DNA from: Candidatus Zambryskiibacteriota bacterium
GTDB taxonomy: Bacteria > Patescibacteriota > Minisyncoccia > Phycocordibacterales > WO2-35-19
Assembly: GCA_963840745.1 (NCBI GenBank)
Contig: CAWJAC010000006.1
Coordinates: 97,947-161,946 of the forward strand
Direction: 5' to 3'
Length of the DNA stretch: 64,000 nt
Position numbers and translations under genes: made by a program. Each line of letters begins with the position of its first letter. Position 1 is the stretch's first letter. Shown in pieces: positions 38,473 through 48,008 of this stretch. Under the pieces are notes generated by a model, which worked only from the letters and a program-made list of their open reading frames with translations, did no database searches and was not told the DNA's origin.

Positions 38473-39318
38473 ATGCTTCAACTGACTGATGAAAAAATAA
38501 AATGGATGGAAGAGAAGGCGCGGGATATAAGAATCTCGATTATTGAGATGCTGGTGGAAGCGGGAAGCGGGCATAGTGCAGGGGCGCTTGGTATGGCAAA
38601 TATTTTTACGGCACTTTACTTTTTTATATTGAAGCATGACCCAACCAATCCTATGTGGGAGGAGAGAGATCGCTTAGTGCTTTCAAACGGTCATATTTGC
38701 CCGGTGCTTTATGCGACCTTGGCTCATAGCGGGTATTTTCCATTAGAAGAATTAAAAACTTTGAGAAAATTTGGTTCACGACTGCAAGGACACCCTGACA
38801 GGAGATTTTTGCCCCTCCTCGAGAGCTCGTCGGGACCTCTCGGCCTAGGACTTTCTCAAGCGGTTGGAATGTGCTTGGCTGACAGGATAGATCACGGCAG
38901 ACATTCATCAAAACAATTTTATTGCATCATAAGCGACGGCGAACTTGACGAAGGAAATACCTGGGAAGGGGCAATGCTTGCGGCTAAGGAAAGACTTCAA
39001 AATCTGATTGTTATAATTGACCGCAACAAAATACAACTTAGCGGCAACACCGAAGATATAATGCCGCTTGAGCCCCTGAGGCAAAAATGGGAAGCATTTA
39101 ATTGGCATGTGCAGGCAATAGACGGGCATAATTTTAAGGAAATTATTGGAGCAGTGGAGCAAGCTCAAGCTGTTTTTGATAAACCATCTGTAATTATTGC
39201 CAATACAATTCCAGGCAAGGGAGTTTCTTTCATGGAAGGAAAATATGAATGGCACGGCAAAGCGCCAAGTAAAGAGGAGGGTGAGAAGGCAATAAAGGAA
39301 CTAACCCGAGTTGGGTAA
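38473..39318 (+). CDS. Transketolase, N-terminal (TPP-binding) subunit
   Basis: SGHSAGALGMA, GHP, DGELDEGNTWEG motifs. Split-gene form. Confidence 0.9.
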   Translation: MLQLTDEKIKWMEEKARDIRISIIEMLVEAGSGHSAGALGMANIFTALYFFILKHDPTNPMWEERDRLVLSNGHICPVLYATLAHSGYFPLEELKTLRKFGSRLQGHPDRRFLPLLESSSGPLGLGLSQAVGMCLADRIDHGRHSSKQFYCIISDGELDEGNTWEGAMLAAKERLQNLIVIIDRNKIQLSGNTEDIMPLEPLRQKWEAFNWHVQAIDGHNFKEIIGAVEQAQAVFDKPSVIIANTIPGKGVSFMEGKYEWHGKAPSKEEGEKAIKELTRVG

Positions 39319-39321
39319 ACT

Positions 39322-40314
39322 ATGTTAAATCCTAATTTAAAACTTAATACAAAAATTTTTGATGGGGATGTTGAAAAAATCTCGACCAGAGTTGGATTTG
39401 GCGAGGGGCTAGTGATAGCGGCAGACCAAAATAAAAATGTAATCGGGCTTTGCGCTGATTTGAATGAGTCAACTCATATGAACTTGTTTGCCAGGAAGTA
39501 TCCTGAAAGGTTCATACAAGTTGGTGTAGCCGAGCAAAATTTGGTGACAGTTGCATCCGGTATGGCAGCTATGGGTAAAATTCCTTTTGCTTCTTCTTAT
39601 GCTATGTTTAACCCGGGACGCAATTGGGAGCAAATAAGAACTACCATCGCTTATAACGATAGACCGGTTAAAATTGTTGGCAGCCATGCCGGAGTTTCAG
39701 TTGGACCAGATGGCGGTACTCATCAAGCTCTGGAGGACATGGCTTTGATGCGAGTTTTACCTAATATGATTGTTCTTTCTCCTTGCGACACCATAGAAGC
39801 TAAAAAAGCGACCATAGAAGCGGCTAAAATAAATAAACCTGTTTACATTCGTTTGGCCAGAGAAAAAACTCCTATAATCACAACCGAGGAAACTCCTTTT
39901 GAAATAGGCAAGGCCCAGATGTTTTTTGCTCCGCCTATGACTGCTCAAGTCGGTATCATTGCCACTGGTCCATTAGTTTATAATGCAATAATGGCTGCCC
40001 AAAATTTTGCTCAAAAGGGCATTTCGGTAAAAGTTTTAAATATTTCAAGCATTAGGCCTCTCGATTTTGAAGCTATTAAAGATTTGGCTAAAGAAGCGAG
40101 AGCAATTGTAAGTGTTGAAGATCATCAGGTCGTCGGGGGCTTAGGCTCGGCCATTGCCGAAGTTTTGGTCCAGAATTATCCGGTGCCTATGGAACTTATA
40201 GGCGTTCACGACAAATACGGCCAGTCCGGCACGGTTGCCGAGCTTATTGAATACTATGGTATGGGAGTGGGCAGTATTGAAAAAGCAGTGGAGAGGGTAA
40301 TGAGTAGAAAATAA
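39322..40314 (+). CDS. Transketolase, C-terminal (pyrimidine-binding) subunit
   Basis: VGVAEQNLV, GPDGGTHQALEDMALMR motifs. Confidence 0.9.
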   Translation: MLNPNLKLNTKIFDGDVEKISTRVGFGEGLVIAADQNKNVIGLCADLNESTHMNLFARKYPERFIQVGVAEQNLVTVASGMAAMGKIPFASSYAMFNPGRNWEQIRTTIAYNDRPVKIVGSHAGVSVGPDGGTHQALEDMALMRVLPNMIVLSPCDTIEAKKATIEAAKINKPVYIRLAREKTPIITTEETPFEIGKAQMFFAPPMTAQVGIIATGPLVYNAIMAAQNFAQKGISVKVLNISSIRPLDFEAIKDLAKEARAIVSVEDHQVVGGLGSAIAEVLVQNYPVPMELIGVHDKYGQSGTVAELIEYYGMGVGSIEKAVERVMSRK

Positions 40315-40482
40315 TCCCCAACTACATTTGCAATAACTTTTAAATTTTGCTAGTTTATAAACGGACGCGGAGAAAGGAGAGTGTCTAGGGGAGAGCGTTA
40401 CTCTGGTTCTTTGATTTTAAAGTTTTGAATTCCGCGTCCAAAAAGGGGGTCTAGTCTCTAGAGACAGGCCCCCGCTATTTTT

Positions 40483-41484
40483 TTACATAATTTTTTGAGG
40501 TTTGAAATCAGCAGGAGCGCTGGAAAGAAATTTTAAAATTTCTTCTTGGGTGAGCAAACCCTTTTGAGCGCCAACATATTGAACGACAGACATAGAGTTG
40601 ATCGGAGCCCAAAGGAAAGCGTCAAAAAGAGATTTACCTAAAGCAATAGCGGAAGTGAAGGTGGCAGAGAATGCATCTCCGGCGCCAGTGCGGCTATAAG
40701 GAGGTTTAGGATCGGGAAAAGGGGACATAAAAAATCCTTCATATCCATCGTAAGCATAAGCGCCTTTCGGTCCATCTGTTATAACCACTACATTCGGTCC
40801 CAAATTATGCATTTCTTTCAATAAATTTTTGACATCAGTTTCATCTGGCTTGTTCAAAATTTGTTTTGCTTCTTCAACATTGCAAAAGAAAATATCACAC
40901 CGAGAATATAAATCTTTCAAATTTTCAACTCCCATTTTCATCTGGAATGTGCCTGGCTGAAAAGCAAATTTTACCTCTTGATTATTTCTCAGAAACTCGC
41001 CTATTTGTTTGTGATAATCCAGAGAATTTTCACCAATGGAGGATAAATAAATCCACTTAGGATTGCCAATGTCCGGCAGTTTATAATCATATTCGTGATG
41101 CTTGACCAAAATGGTGCGATCATCTTCAAACCACAAGACATAGTGGTAGTTGGTCTCTTTGTCTTTTTCCACAGAGACAAAATCGGTAGCCACTCCATTT
41201 TTTTTGAGAGTGGCGACACACTCATGGCCATTATGGTCATCTCCAACATTGGTCACCAAAGCCGATTTAAGTCCGAGTCTTGTGGCGCAAACGGCAGCAT
41301 TAGCACTGTTGCCAACCGCCCGCACTTCTTCCATAAATTCATAAGGTACCTTGTCTCCAAATCTTAAAATTAGTTCGGACTTTTTGCCGCTTAAATCGCG
41401 ATTGACTTTGGCATCTTTGAGCCTATAAAAGCATCAGTTGTAATATCACCGATAGAAATAAAATCAACATGTTGTAAGATCCAT
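40483..41484 (-). CDS. PfkB/ribokinase-family sugar kinase (two apparent frameshifts, about 41420-41427 and 41464-41473)
   Basis: GAGDAFSATF motif near the C-terminus. The N-terminal VDFISIGDITTDAFI and RLKDAKVNRDLSGKKSELILRFGDKVPYEF segments are readable in shifted frames. Confidence 0.8.
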
Positions 41485-41536
41485 ACTGCAATTATACACC
41501 AGAAAAAATTTTTAAAGAATAAAAATATGATAATAT

Positions 41537-42427
41537 GTGGATATGAAAAGTTTGCGTGAATACATTGCGGAGGCAGAAGAAAAAAAGATAGCCATCAGCC
41601 ATTTTAATATTTCTGATAGCGTTGGCTTTTGGGCTGTAGTAAACGCAGCCAAAAAATTAAACTTACCGGCCATAATCGGCGTTTCCGAAGGAGAAAGGGA
41701 TTTCATCGGAGTAAAGCAAGTTAAGGCACTTGTAGATACAATAAAAACAGAGGGTTTTCCAATTTTTCTTAATGCCGATCATACTTATTCGGTAGACAGG
41801 GTAAAAGAAGTGGTGAATGCGGGTTTTGATGCAGCTATTATAGACGGGGCCGAAAAATCATTTGAAGAAAATATAAAAATAACAAAAGAATCTGTTGAGT
41901 ATAAAAATTATAACTTGCCTGCGCAGGCAGGAAATCCCGAAATTTTAATAGAAGGTGAACTCGGCTTTATAGGCAAATCTTCAAAAGTCTGGGATAAAGT
42001 GCCGGAAGGGGCGGATGCGGCAATGACCAAACCAGAAGAGGCGGCAGAATTCGTGAAAGAAACCGGAGTGGATTTGTTCGCGCCAGCGGTAGGCAACATC
42101 CACGGCATGGCCAAAAATTTGAATATCAATTTTGAAAAATTAGATATAGAAAGAATAAAGCAAATTCGTGAGGCGGCCGGAGTGCCCTTGGTCCTTCATG
42201 GCGGCTCTGGTATTAAAGATGAAGAATTCAAACAAGCCATAGCCGCCGGCATTTCTATTATTCATATAAATACCGAATTAAGAGTCGCTTACAAACAAGG
42301 TCTCCAAAAATCCCTTTCCGAAAACCCCGACGAAGTAGCTCCTTACAAAATTCTGCGCCCCGCTCGCGATGCTATGCAAGCTGTGGTGGAAAAGAGGATG
42401 ATGCTGTTTGCTAATTTGCCGATTTAA
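41537..42427 (+). CDS. fba: Class II fructose-bisphosphate aldolase
   Basis: NADHTYS and LVLHGGSG motifs. The start is probably the ATG at 41543. Confidence 0.9.
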   Translation: MDMKSLREYIAEAEEKKIAISHFNISDSVGFWAVVNAAKKLNLPAIIGVSEGERDFIGVKQVKALVDTIKTEGFPIFLNADHTYSVDRVKEVVNAGFDAAIIDGAEKSFEENIKITKESVEYKNYNLPAQAGNPEILIEGELGFIGKSSKVWDKVPEGADAAMTKPEEAAEFVKETGVDLFAPAVGNIHGMAKNLNINFEKLDIERIKQIREAAGVPLVLHGGSGIKDEEFKQAIAAGISIIHINTELRVAYKQGLQKSLSENPDEVAPYKILRPARDAMQAVVEKRMMLFANLPI

Positions 42428-42442
42428 ATTTTTAGTGATAAG

Positions 42443-43114
42443 ATGGTCGGCATGACCATAAATTTAAAAGCTGAAAAAAGAGAAAGGATAGGGAAATTAG
42501 AGAGTTTAAGGAAAGCGGGTTTTATGCCGGCGGTTTATTATGGACACAAAAAAGAGTCAACTCCTATTCAAATTAAAAAAATTGATTTTTTAAAAGCTTG
42601 GAAAAATGCCGGTGAATCCACCGTTATTAAATTAGAAACTCCGGATGGCGATTTGGAAGCCCTTATTCATGATGTGGATTTAGATCCAATTACGGATGAA
42701 CCGAGGCATGCTGATTTTTACGTTTTTGAAAAAGGTCATAAGGTTGAGATCGCGGTGCCTTTGGAGTTCATTGGGATTTCCCCAGCTGTCAAAGATTTGG
42801 GTGGAGTGCTTATGAAAATTTTGCATGAAGTTAAAGTTTCAGCCGAACCTTCTAATTTGCCTCACCAGATTGAGGTTGATATTTCTCCTATTACCGAGCT
42901 TGAAGGACAGATTTTGGCCAAAGATATTTCCTTGCCGAAAGGAGTTCTACTTATGGAAAATCCTGAAGAAGTGATTGCGACTGTGGCCACCCCTAAGGCA
43001 GAAGAAAAAGTAGAAGAAGCTCCGGCCGACCTCTCTTCAATAGAAGTTGAAAAGAAGGGTAAGAAGGAAGAAGAAGGAGAGGGAATCAGAAAACCATTGT
43101 CTACTAGAAACTGA
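42443..43114 (+). CDS. rplY: Ribosomal protein L25/Ctc
   Basis: LRKAGFMPAVYYG, plus a Ctc-type C-terminal domain and an acidic tail. Confidence 0.85.
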   Translation: MVGMTINLKAEKRERIGKLESLRKAGFMPAVYYGHKKESTPIQIKKIDFLKAWKNAGESTVIKLETPDGDLEALIHDVDLDPITDEPRHADFYVFEKGHKVEIAVPLEFIGISPAVKDLGGVLMKILHEVKVSAEPSNLPHQIEVDISPITELEGQILAKDISLPKGVLLMENPEEVIATVATPKAEEKVEEAPADLSSIEVEKKGKKEEEGEGIRKPLSTRN

Positions 43115-43156
43115 AAAGGCTCTAAAAGAATATATTTTTTGCTATAATAAACCTGT

Positions 43157-44546
43157 ATGAAAAAATATAGTTTTATTTTTGGTATTTTTCTGTTTTCTGT
43201 TTTCTGTTTTCTGTCACCTGTTACTATGCTCTGCCCAAATGACCGATGCCCAAAAAACAGCGCAAGAGGCACAGTGGCAAGCCGAACTTGATGCTACCGA
43301 AAAGGAAATCGCTCAGTGGCAGAGCGTGCTTGATCAAACAAAAAAGGGTACTGCTTCTCTCCAAAATGACGCGGCAGTTTTGCAAGCCAAAATAAACGAA
43401 GCAAAAGCTTTTATAAAACAAAGACAGATTCAAATACAGCAACTAACCAGCCAGATTGATTTAAAAACTGCGACCATTGCTCAACTTGAAGATCAGATAA
43501 ACAAGGGCAAAGAGTCATTGGCCGCCATTTTAAGGTCAACTAACGAGATTGATTCTTATTCACTTCCCGAAGTGGTGCTTTCGGATCAAAATCTATCAGA
43601 ATTTTTCACCGATATTGATTCTTACAATTCTATAAAAACTTCTCTGCAGGATAAATTTAAAGAAATAAGGGATTTGGAGACAAAAACAAATACAGAGAGA
43701 GTAGCTCTTGACCAAGCAAGAACAAATGAAGTAGATACGAAAGCTGAAATGGAAACCCAGCAAAAGAAAGTACAGATTGACGAGGCTCAGAAGCAACAAC
43801 TTATAACCATAAATAAAACTCAAGAAAAAACTTACGCCCAGGTTATTGCCGATAAGCAGGCTAAAGCCGCTCAAATCAGAGCCGCTCTCTTCTCTTTGCG
43901 CGACACTCAGGGTATTCCATTCGGAGATGCTCTCAAATATGCCACTTCAGCATCTCAAAAAACGGGAGTAAATACTGCTCTCATTCTTGCCATCCTCACC
44001 CAAGAATCAGATTTGGGCAAAAATCAAGGTTCCTGTTTAATTTCAAGTCTTGATACCGGTGACGGGGTTGGGAAAAACACAGGCACCATCTTCCAGCAGG
44101 TAATGAAGGCGCCGCGAGATACCGTACCATTCCAGAATATAACAAATAGATTTGGTATGGATTGGAAAATGACTCCTGTTTCTTGCCCTCCGGGAACTAT
44201 TTGGAGCTCTAGCAGAGGTTATGGAGGTGCTATGGGGCCATCACAATTCATACCTTCCACTTGGGAAGGTAATGGCTCGACTTATCTTGGTATAAAAACC
44301 GAGGTCGGTAATGTTATGAGTGTAGATCCAAATATTGTAAACCCGTGGAATCCCGAACATGCCATATTGGCCACAGCTGTTTACATGGCAGATTTGGGTG
44401 CAAACAGCAGCAGTTATACTGCTCAAATCAAGGCTGCCTGCAAGTATTACGGCACCGGCGGCTCGTCATGCAGTTACGGCAAGCAAGTTATGGCAAAGGC
44501 GGATAACATTCAATTGACTATGATTGATCCTCTGCAGGGATTATAA
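43157..44546 (+). CDS. Secreted coiled-coil protein with a C-terminal lytic transglycosylase (MltB/Slt-like) domain; the signal peptide is out of frame as sequenced
   Basis: TQESDLG (catalytic Glu) and GAMGPSQFIPSTWE. The ATG at 43157 encodes MKKYSFIFGIFLF but is in a different frame from the 43179-44546 ORF. Confidence 0.75.
43186..43213 (+). repeat. Heptanucleotide microsatellite (ttttctg) x4 inside the signal-peptide coding region
   Basis: Four perfect tandem 7-nt units. Loss of one unit puts the ATG at 43157 in frame with the main ORF. Confidence 0.9.
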
Positions 44547-44663
44547 AAATGTTACATTTGTGTAAAAATGTAACAAAATAATTGATCAATAAAAAACTGG
44601 TGTTAAAATATGGCTTAAAATAAAGCTATTTTGACTTATCCCCAATTTAAATTGATTCAACAC

Positions 44664-44691
44664 TTGACATTTTTTGTGGGTTTGATATATT
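44664..44691 (+). promoter_or_regulatory. Strong sigma70-type promoter (extended -10)
   Basis: TTGACA, 16-nt spacer containing TG, TATATT. Confidence 0.65.
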
Positions 44692-44695
44692 TGTG

Positions 44696-45027
44696 GACGG
44701 AAGAAGTAAACCAAATTTCCAACAAAACGAGGAGTACAGAGGGATGAAGACCCTTGCTAGTTTCCACGGCGGCAGTTCGGTTCGCTTTTGTTTGCTGTCC
44801 CGCCCGATGTGCGGGATGAGCGTTTTGTCAGTTCGTCAACTTTGATCGAGAAACGGGCAGCACAATGCTGACCCAGACTTCCTGTGTTTGTCCTAAATGC
44901 GGAAACCTTAGCCGGAGAGCGAAAGCTTATATGGATAGTTGTAGGAAATTCCGTCATGATCACGAACCTCGATCTCTCGAAAAAAAAGAATCAAGGCCGT
45001 TCAAACTACGAGTTTGCGGCCTTTTCT
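44696..45027 (+). ncRNA. Candidate structured RNA of unknown class (alternatively small Cys-rich ORFs)
   Basis: GC-rich island in a 500-nt gap, bounded by a promoter and a terminator. Long-range pairings: 44696-44700/44951-44955, 44714-44720/44944-44950, 44722-44729/44821-44828. Local hairpins: 44798-44816 and a GNRA hairpin at 44917-44928. Terminator hairpin 44993-45023 followed by TTTT. Confidence 0.4.
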
Positions 45028-45048
45028 AGTATATGCTAATATGTTTAT

Positions 45049-45288
45049 ATGAAAACAGAAATACACCCACAATATTATACTGACGCCAAAGTGAGCTGCT
45101 CTTGCGGCAATAAATTTACTGTTGGAAGCACTCAAAAGGAAATAAAGGTGGAAATTTGCAGCGCTTGCCACCCGTTCTTTACCGGCAATGAAAAAGTGAT
45201 TGACGCCGCCGGCCGAGTTGAGAGATTCAAAGCTCGCAAAGCTTTAGCTAAAACTCCAAAAACCAAAACTTCTAAATTGAAGAAATAA
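45049..45288 (+). CDS. rpmE: Ribosomal protein L31 (Zn-ribbon type)
   Basis: [10 protein letters not shown]...CSCGN...[10 protein letters not shown]. Confidence 0.95.
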   Translation: MKTEIHPQYYTDAKVSCSCGNKFTVGSTQKEIKVEICSACHPFFTGNEKVIDAAGRVERFKARKALAKTPKTKTSKLKK

Positions 45289-45298
45289 TTTTTTTATT

Positions 45299-45329
45299 CC
45301 CCCTCTTGTTGTAAGAGGGGGTTAGGGGG
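45299..45329 (+). repeat. G/C-rich hairpin repeat, copy 3
   Basis: ccccctctt-gttgt-aagaggggg-ttaggggg, between rpmE and prfA. Confidence 0.7.
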
Positions 45330-45333
45330 CGTT

Positions 45334-46221
45334 ATGAATTTAGAAAAATACAAACAGAATCCCAAGACCAAATATTTGGCAGAAAGTTTGGAACGACTCA
45401 TTAAAGAGGGGGTTGACGTTTTGACGCAAGAGGTCCTGATAAAACAGATGGATGACATTTTAAATGAAGAGGAGCGCAAACAAAAAGAAGAAGAGGAATT
45501 TCCTAATGAAATAGTTTTGGAGGTGCGAGCGGGCGTGGGCGGCGAAGAAGCGGCTCTTTTTGCCGAAGAACTTGCCAATATGTACCGCAAATATGCCGAC
45601 TCTCGCGGCTGGACCGTTTCCATTATAGACGAAGCATTCTCGCCGCTTGGCGGATACAAAGAAGCTTCTTTTGAAATACGCGGTAAGGATGTTTATAAGG
45701 AATTGCGATATGAGACAGGCATACATAGAATACAAAGGGTACCCGAGACTGAAAAAATGGGCAGGGTGCATACTTCAACTGCATCAGTGGCGATATTGCC
45801 CATCCGCAAAAAAACAAAATTTGAAATTAACCCAGCCGATCTGGAAGTTGAATTTTCCCGTTCCGGCGGTAAGGGAGGCCAAAACGTAAATAAAGTAGAA
45901 ACCGCTGTTCGCCTGACCCATAAACCAACAGGCTTGGTGGTGAGATCAACATCTGAAAGAAGCCAGAGTGCCAATAAAGAAATAGCCTTGATGATTCTTT
46001 CAGCAAAACTTGAGGAAAAACAAAGAGCCGAAGAAGACGCAAAATATTCTGCTGATCGCAAAGAACAAATAGGTTTAGCTGATCGCTCCGAGAAAATAAG
46101 AACTTATAACATACTTCAAGATAGAATTACCGACCATCGGTTAAATAAAAACTGGCACGGCATAGAAAATATAATGAAAGGCCAGATGGGCAGTATCATT
46201 GACGCATTTAAGCAAATTTGA
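45334..46221 (+). CDS. prfA: Peptide chain release factor 1 (short form, 295 aa)
   Basis: GGQ motif ([11 protein letters not shown]). The RF1-type tripeptide region reads [14 protein letters not shown]. Confidence 0.85.
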   Translation: MNLEKYKQNPKTKYLAESLERLIKEGVDVLTQEVLIKQMDDILNEEERKQKEEEEFPNEIVLEVRAGVGGEEAALFAEELANMYRKYADSRGWTVSIIDEAFSPLGGYKEASFEIRGKDVYKELRYETGIHRIQRVPETEKMGRVHTSTASVAILPIRKKTKFEINPADLEVEFSRSGGKGGQNVNKVETAVRLTHKPTGLVVRSTSERSQSANKEIALMILSAKLEEKQRAEEDAKYSADRKEQIGLADRSEKIRTYNILQDRITDHRLNKNWHGIENIMKGQMGSIIDAFKQI

Positions 46222-46237
46222 TAGGATTTGTAACCGT

Positions 46238-46933
46238 ATGGCAGAAACAACTGAGACAAACAAAAATTTAGACGAGCTCTTTAAAGCAGGAGCTCATTTT
46301 GGATTTGGAAAGAGCCGAAGACATCCAAGTTCCGCCCCTTATATTTTTGGCTCCAAAAATAAAGTAGATATTTTTGATTTGGAAAAAACACAAGAGAGTT
46401 TAGAGAGGGCCTGCAATTTTATCTCCGAACTGGCAGCTGCTAAAGCTATTATTTTATTTGTCGGCGGCAAAAATGAAGCTCAAGAAATAATAAAAGAGGA
46501 AGCGGAAAAGTTGGCTCAGCCGTATTTAGCCGGCCGTTGGATAGGTGGCACTTTGACAAATTTTCCGGAGATAAGAAAAAGAATAGATATGATGACCGAT
46601 CTCTTATCTCAAAAAGAAAAGGGGGAGCTTATTAAATACACCAAAAAAGAAAGAATTCTTATAGACAGGAAAATAGAAAAACTCCAAAAGATGTTTTGGG
46701 GTATAAAAGACATGACAGCTTTGCCAAAAGCTTTGTTTATTGTTGATCCCAGATTTGAGGAAACGGCTTTAAGAGAAGCCCAAAATTTAAAGATACCGGT
46801 TGTCGCTCTGTGTGGTTCTGACAATAATATTGCCGATATCGATTATTCCATTCCAGCCAATGATTCCAGTATAGCCAGCATCAGATTTTTTGTGGATAAA
46901 ATAGCAGAGGCGTATAATAAGGGAAAGAAATAA
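46238..46933 (+). CDS. rpsB: Ribosomal protein S2
   Basis: LFKAGAHFGFGKSRRHP and RWIGGTLTNF motifs. Start taken at the MAETT ATG. Confidence 0.9.
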   Translation: MAETTETNKNLDELFKAGAHFGFGKSRRHPSSAPYIFGSKNKVDIFDLEKTQESLERACNFISELAAAKAIILFVGGKNEAQEIIKEEAEKLAQPYLAGRWIGGTLTNFPEIRKRIDMMTDLLSQKEKGELIKYTKKERILIDRKIEKLQKMFWGIKDMTALPKALFIVDPRFEETALREAQNLKIPVVALCGSDNNIADIDYSIPANDSSIASIRFFVDKIAEAYNKGKK

Positions 46934-47521
46934 ATGAACATTACAACTGATCAAATAAAAGAATTGCGAGATGAAACAGGGGTTTCAGTCATGCAATGCA
47001 AGAAAGCTTTGGAAGAAGCGGGTGGGGATATTGAGAAAGCCAAAATAATATTGCGCAAGATAAGCAAGCAAACTGCTGATAAAAAAACTGGGAGGACCCT
47101 TGGAGCGGGTGCTGTCGCTTCGTACATTCACAGCAACGGCTCGGTGGGAGCAATGGTGGAGCTTTTATGCGAAACAGACTTTGTGGCCCGCAATGAGGAA
47201 TTTAAGGCTTTAGCTAGAGACATTGCCATGCATATAACTGCCCTGGCACCAGAATATTTAAAAATGGATGATATTAAGGAAGAAGATAAAACCAGAGCCA
47301 AAGAGCTTTTTGAAAAAGATATCGATTCAAACAAATCGAAGGAAATTCGTGATAAAATAATGGATGGCAAGCTTTCTTCTTATTTTGGAGAAAAGGTTTT
47401 GCTGGAACAAGCATTTATTAAAAATCCTGAAGTCAATATTCGTACTTTGGTTGAACAAGCAAATCAAAAGTTCGGAGAAAGGACGGAGATCGGCAGGTTT
47501 GTCAGGTTTTCTATTAATTAA
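46934..47521 (+). CDS. tsf: Elongation factor Ts (short form)
   Basis: IKELRDETGVSVMQCKKALEEAGGDIEKA UBA-like N-terminus, then CETDFVARNEEF. Confidence 0.9.
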   Translation: MNITTDQIKELRDETGVSVMQCKKALEEAGGDIEKAKIILRKISKQTADKKTGRTLGAGAVASYIHSNGSVGAMVELLCETDFVARNEEFKALARDIAMHITALAPEYLKMDDIKEEDKTRAKELFEKDIDSNKSKEIRDKIMDGKLSSYFGEKVLLEQAFIKNPEVNIRTLVEQANQKFGERTEIGRFVRFSIN

Positions 47522-47530
47522 ATTAAAAAT

Positions 47531-47926
47531 ATGGTAACCATAATAGTATTTGCTTCATCTCTTTTTGTAGCATTAGTTTTGGTGTTTATAAAATATATGG
47601 AGCTCCGGAACGGCAATAAAAACATTATATTGAAATTTATAAGCAAGCTTGATTCTAAATCAAATGAGCTTGTCTCGGCTTTTAAATTTAAAAATCTGCA
47701 ATTAATACAAAGTATCCGTTATATTGTACTTGTCCAAATAAAGAAAGTTGTCAAAGATTTTTTCTACGAGACTCAAGATAAAATATTAAATGAGTATAAA
47801 GTAAGACAAAGCATAATGATGGGCCGCAAAGAAATTATAGGCAACGGTTCCGCTTCTTTTTATCTCAAGAAAATAACCGAGGATAGGAGTAATGGCGATA
47901 AGGGGAAGATAGAAGAAAGCTTATAG
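47531..47926 (+). CDS. Hypothetical membrane protein
   Basis: 131 aa with one N-terminal TM helix. No recognisable motif. Confidence 0.45.
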   Translation: MVTIIVFASSLFVALVLVFIKYMELRNGNKNIILKFISKLDSKSNELVSAFKFKNLQLIQSIRYIVLVQIKKVVKDFFYETQDKILNEYKVRQSIMMGRKEIIGNGSASFYLKKITEDRSNGDKGKIEESL

Positions 47927-47931
47927 AATTT

Positions 47932-48004
47932 GCCGGCATAGCTCAGTTGGTAGAGCGCCACTTTTGTAAAGTGGATGTCCGGGGTTCGAACCCTCGTGCC
48001 GGCT
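47932..48004 (+). tRNA. tRNA-Thr (anticodon TGT)
   Basis: Acceptor GCCGGCA/TGCCGGC, anticodon stem CCACT/AGTGG with loop TTTGTAA, T loop TTCGAAC. Confidence 0.9.
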
Positions 48005-48008
48005 CAGA

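Noticed and set aside
36323-42427. The glycolysis and pentose-phosphate gene cluster (gap, rpiB, rpe, split tkt, pfkB-family kinase, fba) as a novel pathway island.
   Set aside because: These are ordinary core carbon-metabolism genes with typical motifs. Split transketolase is well known in archaea and many bacteria. Nothing anomalous beyond the frameshifts.
43186-43213. CRISPR array or other arrayed repeats.
   Set aside because: The only tandem repeat is a 7-nt x4 microsatellite. The four conserved-loop hairpins are dispersed over 52 kb, and no cas genes are present.
44757-44963. 68-aa minus-strand ORF in the GC-rich island upstream of rpmE.
   Set aside because: It has no RBS or promoter on that strand, and its Arg/Ser/Thr-rich composition is typical of a chance ORF in GC-rich sequence. 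The plus-strand promoter and terminator argue that the region is transcribed the other way.
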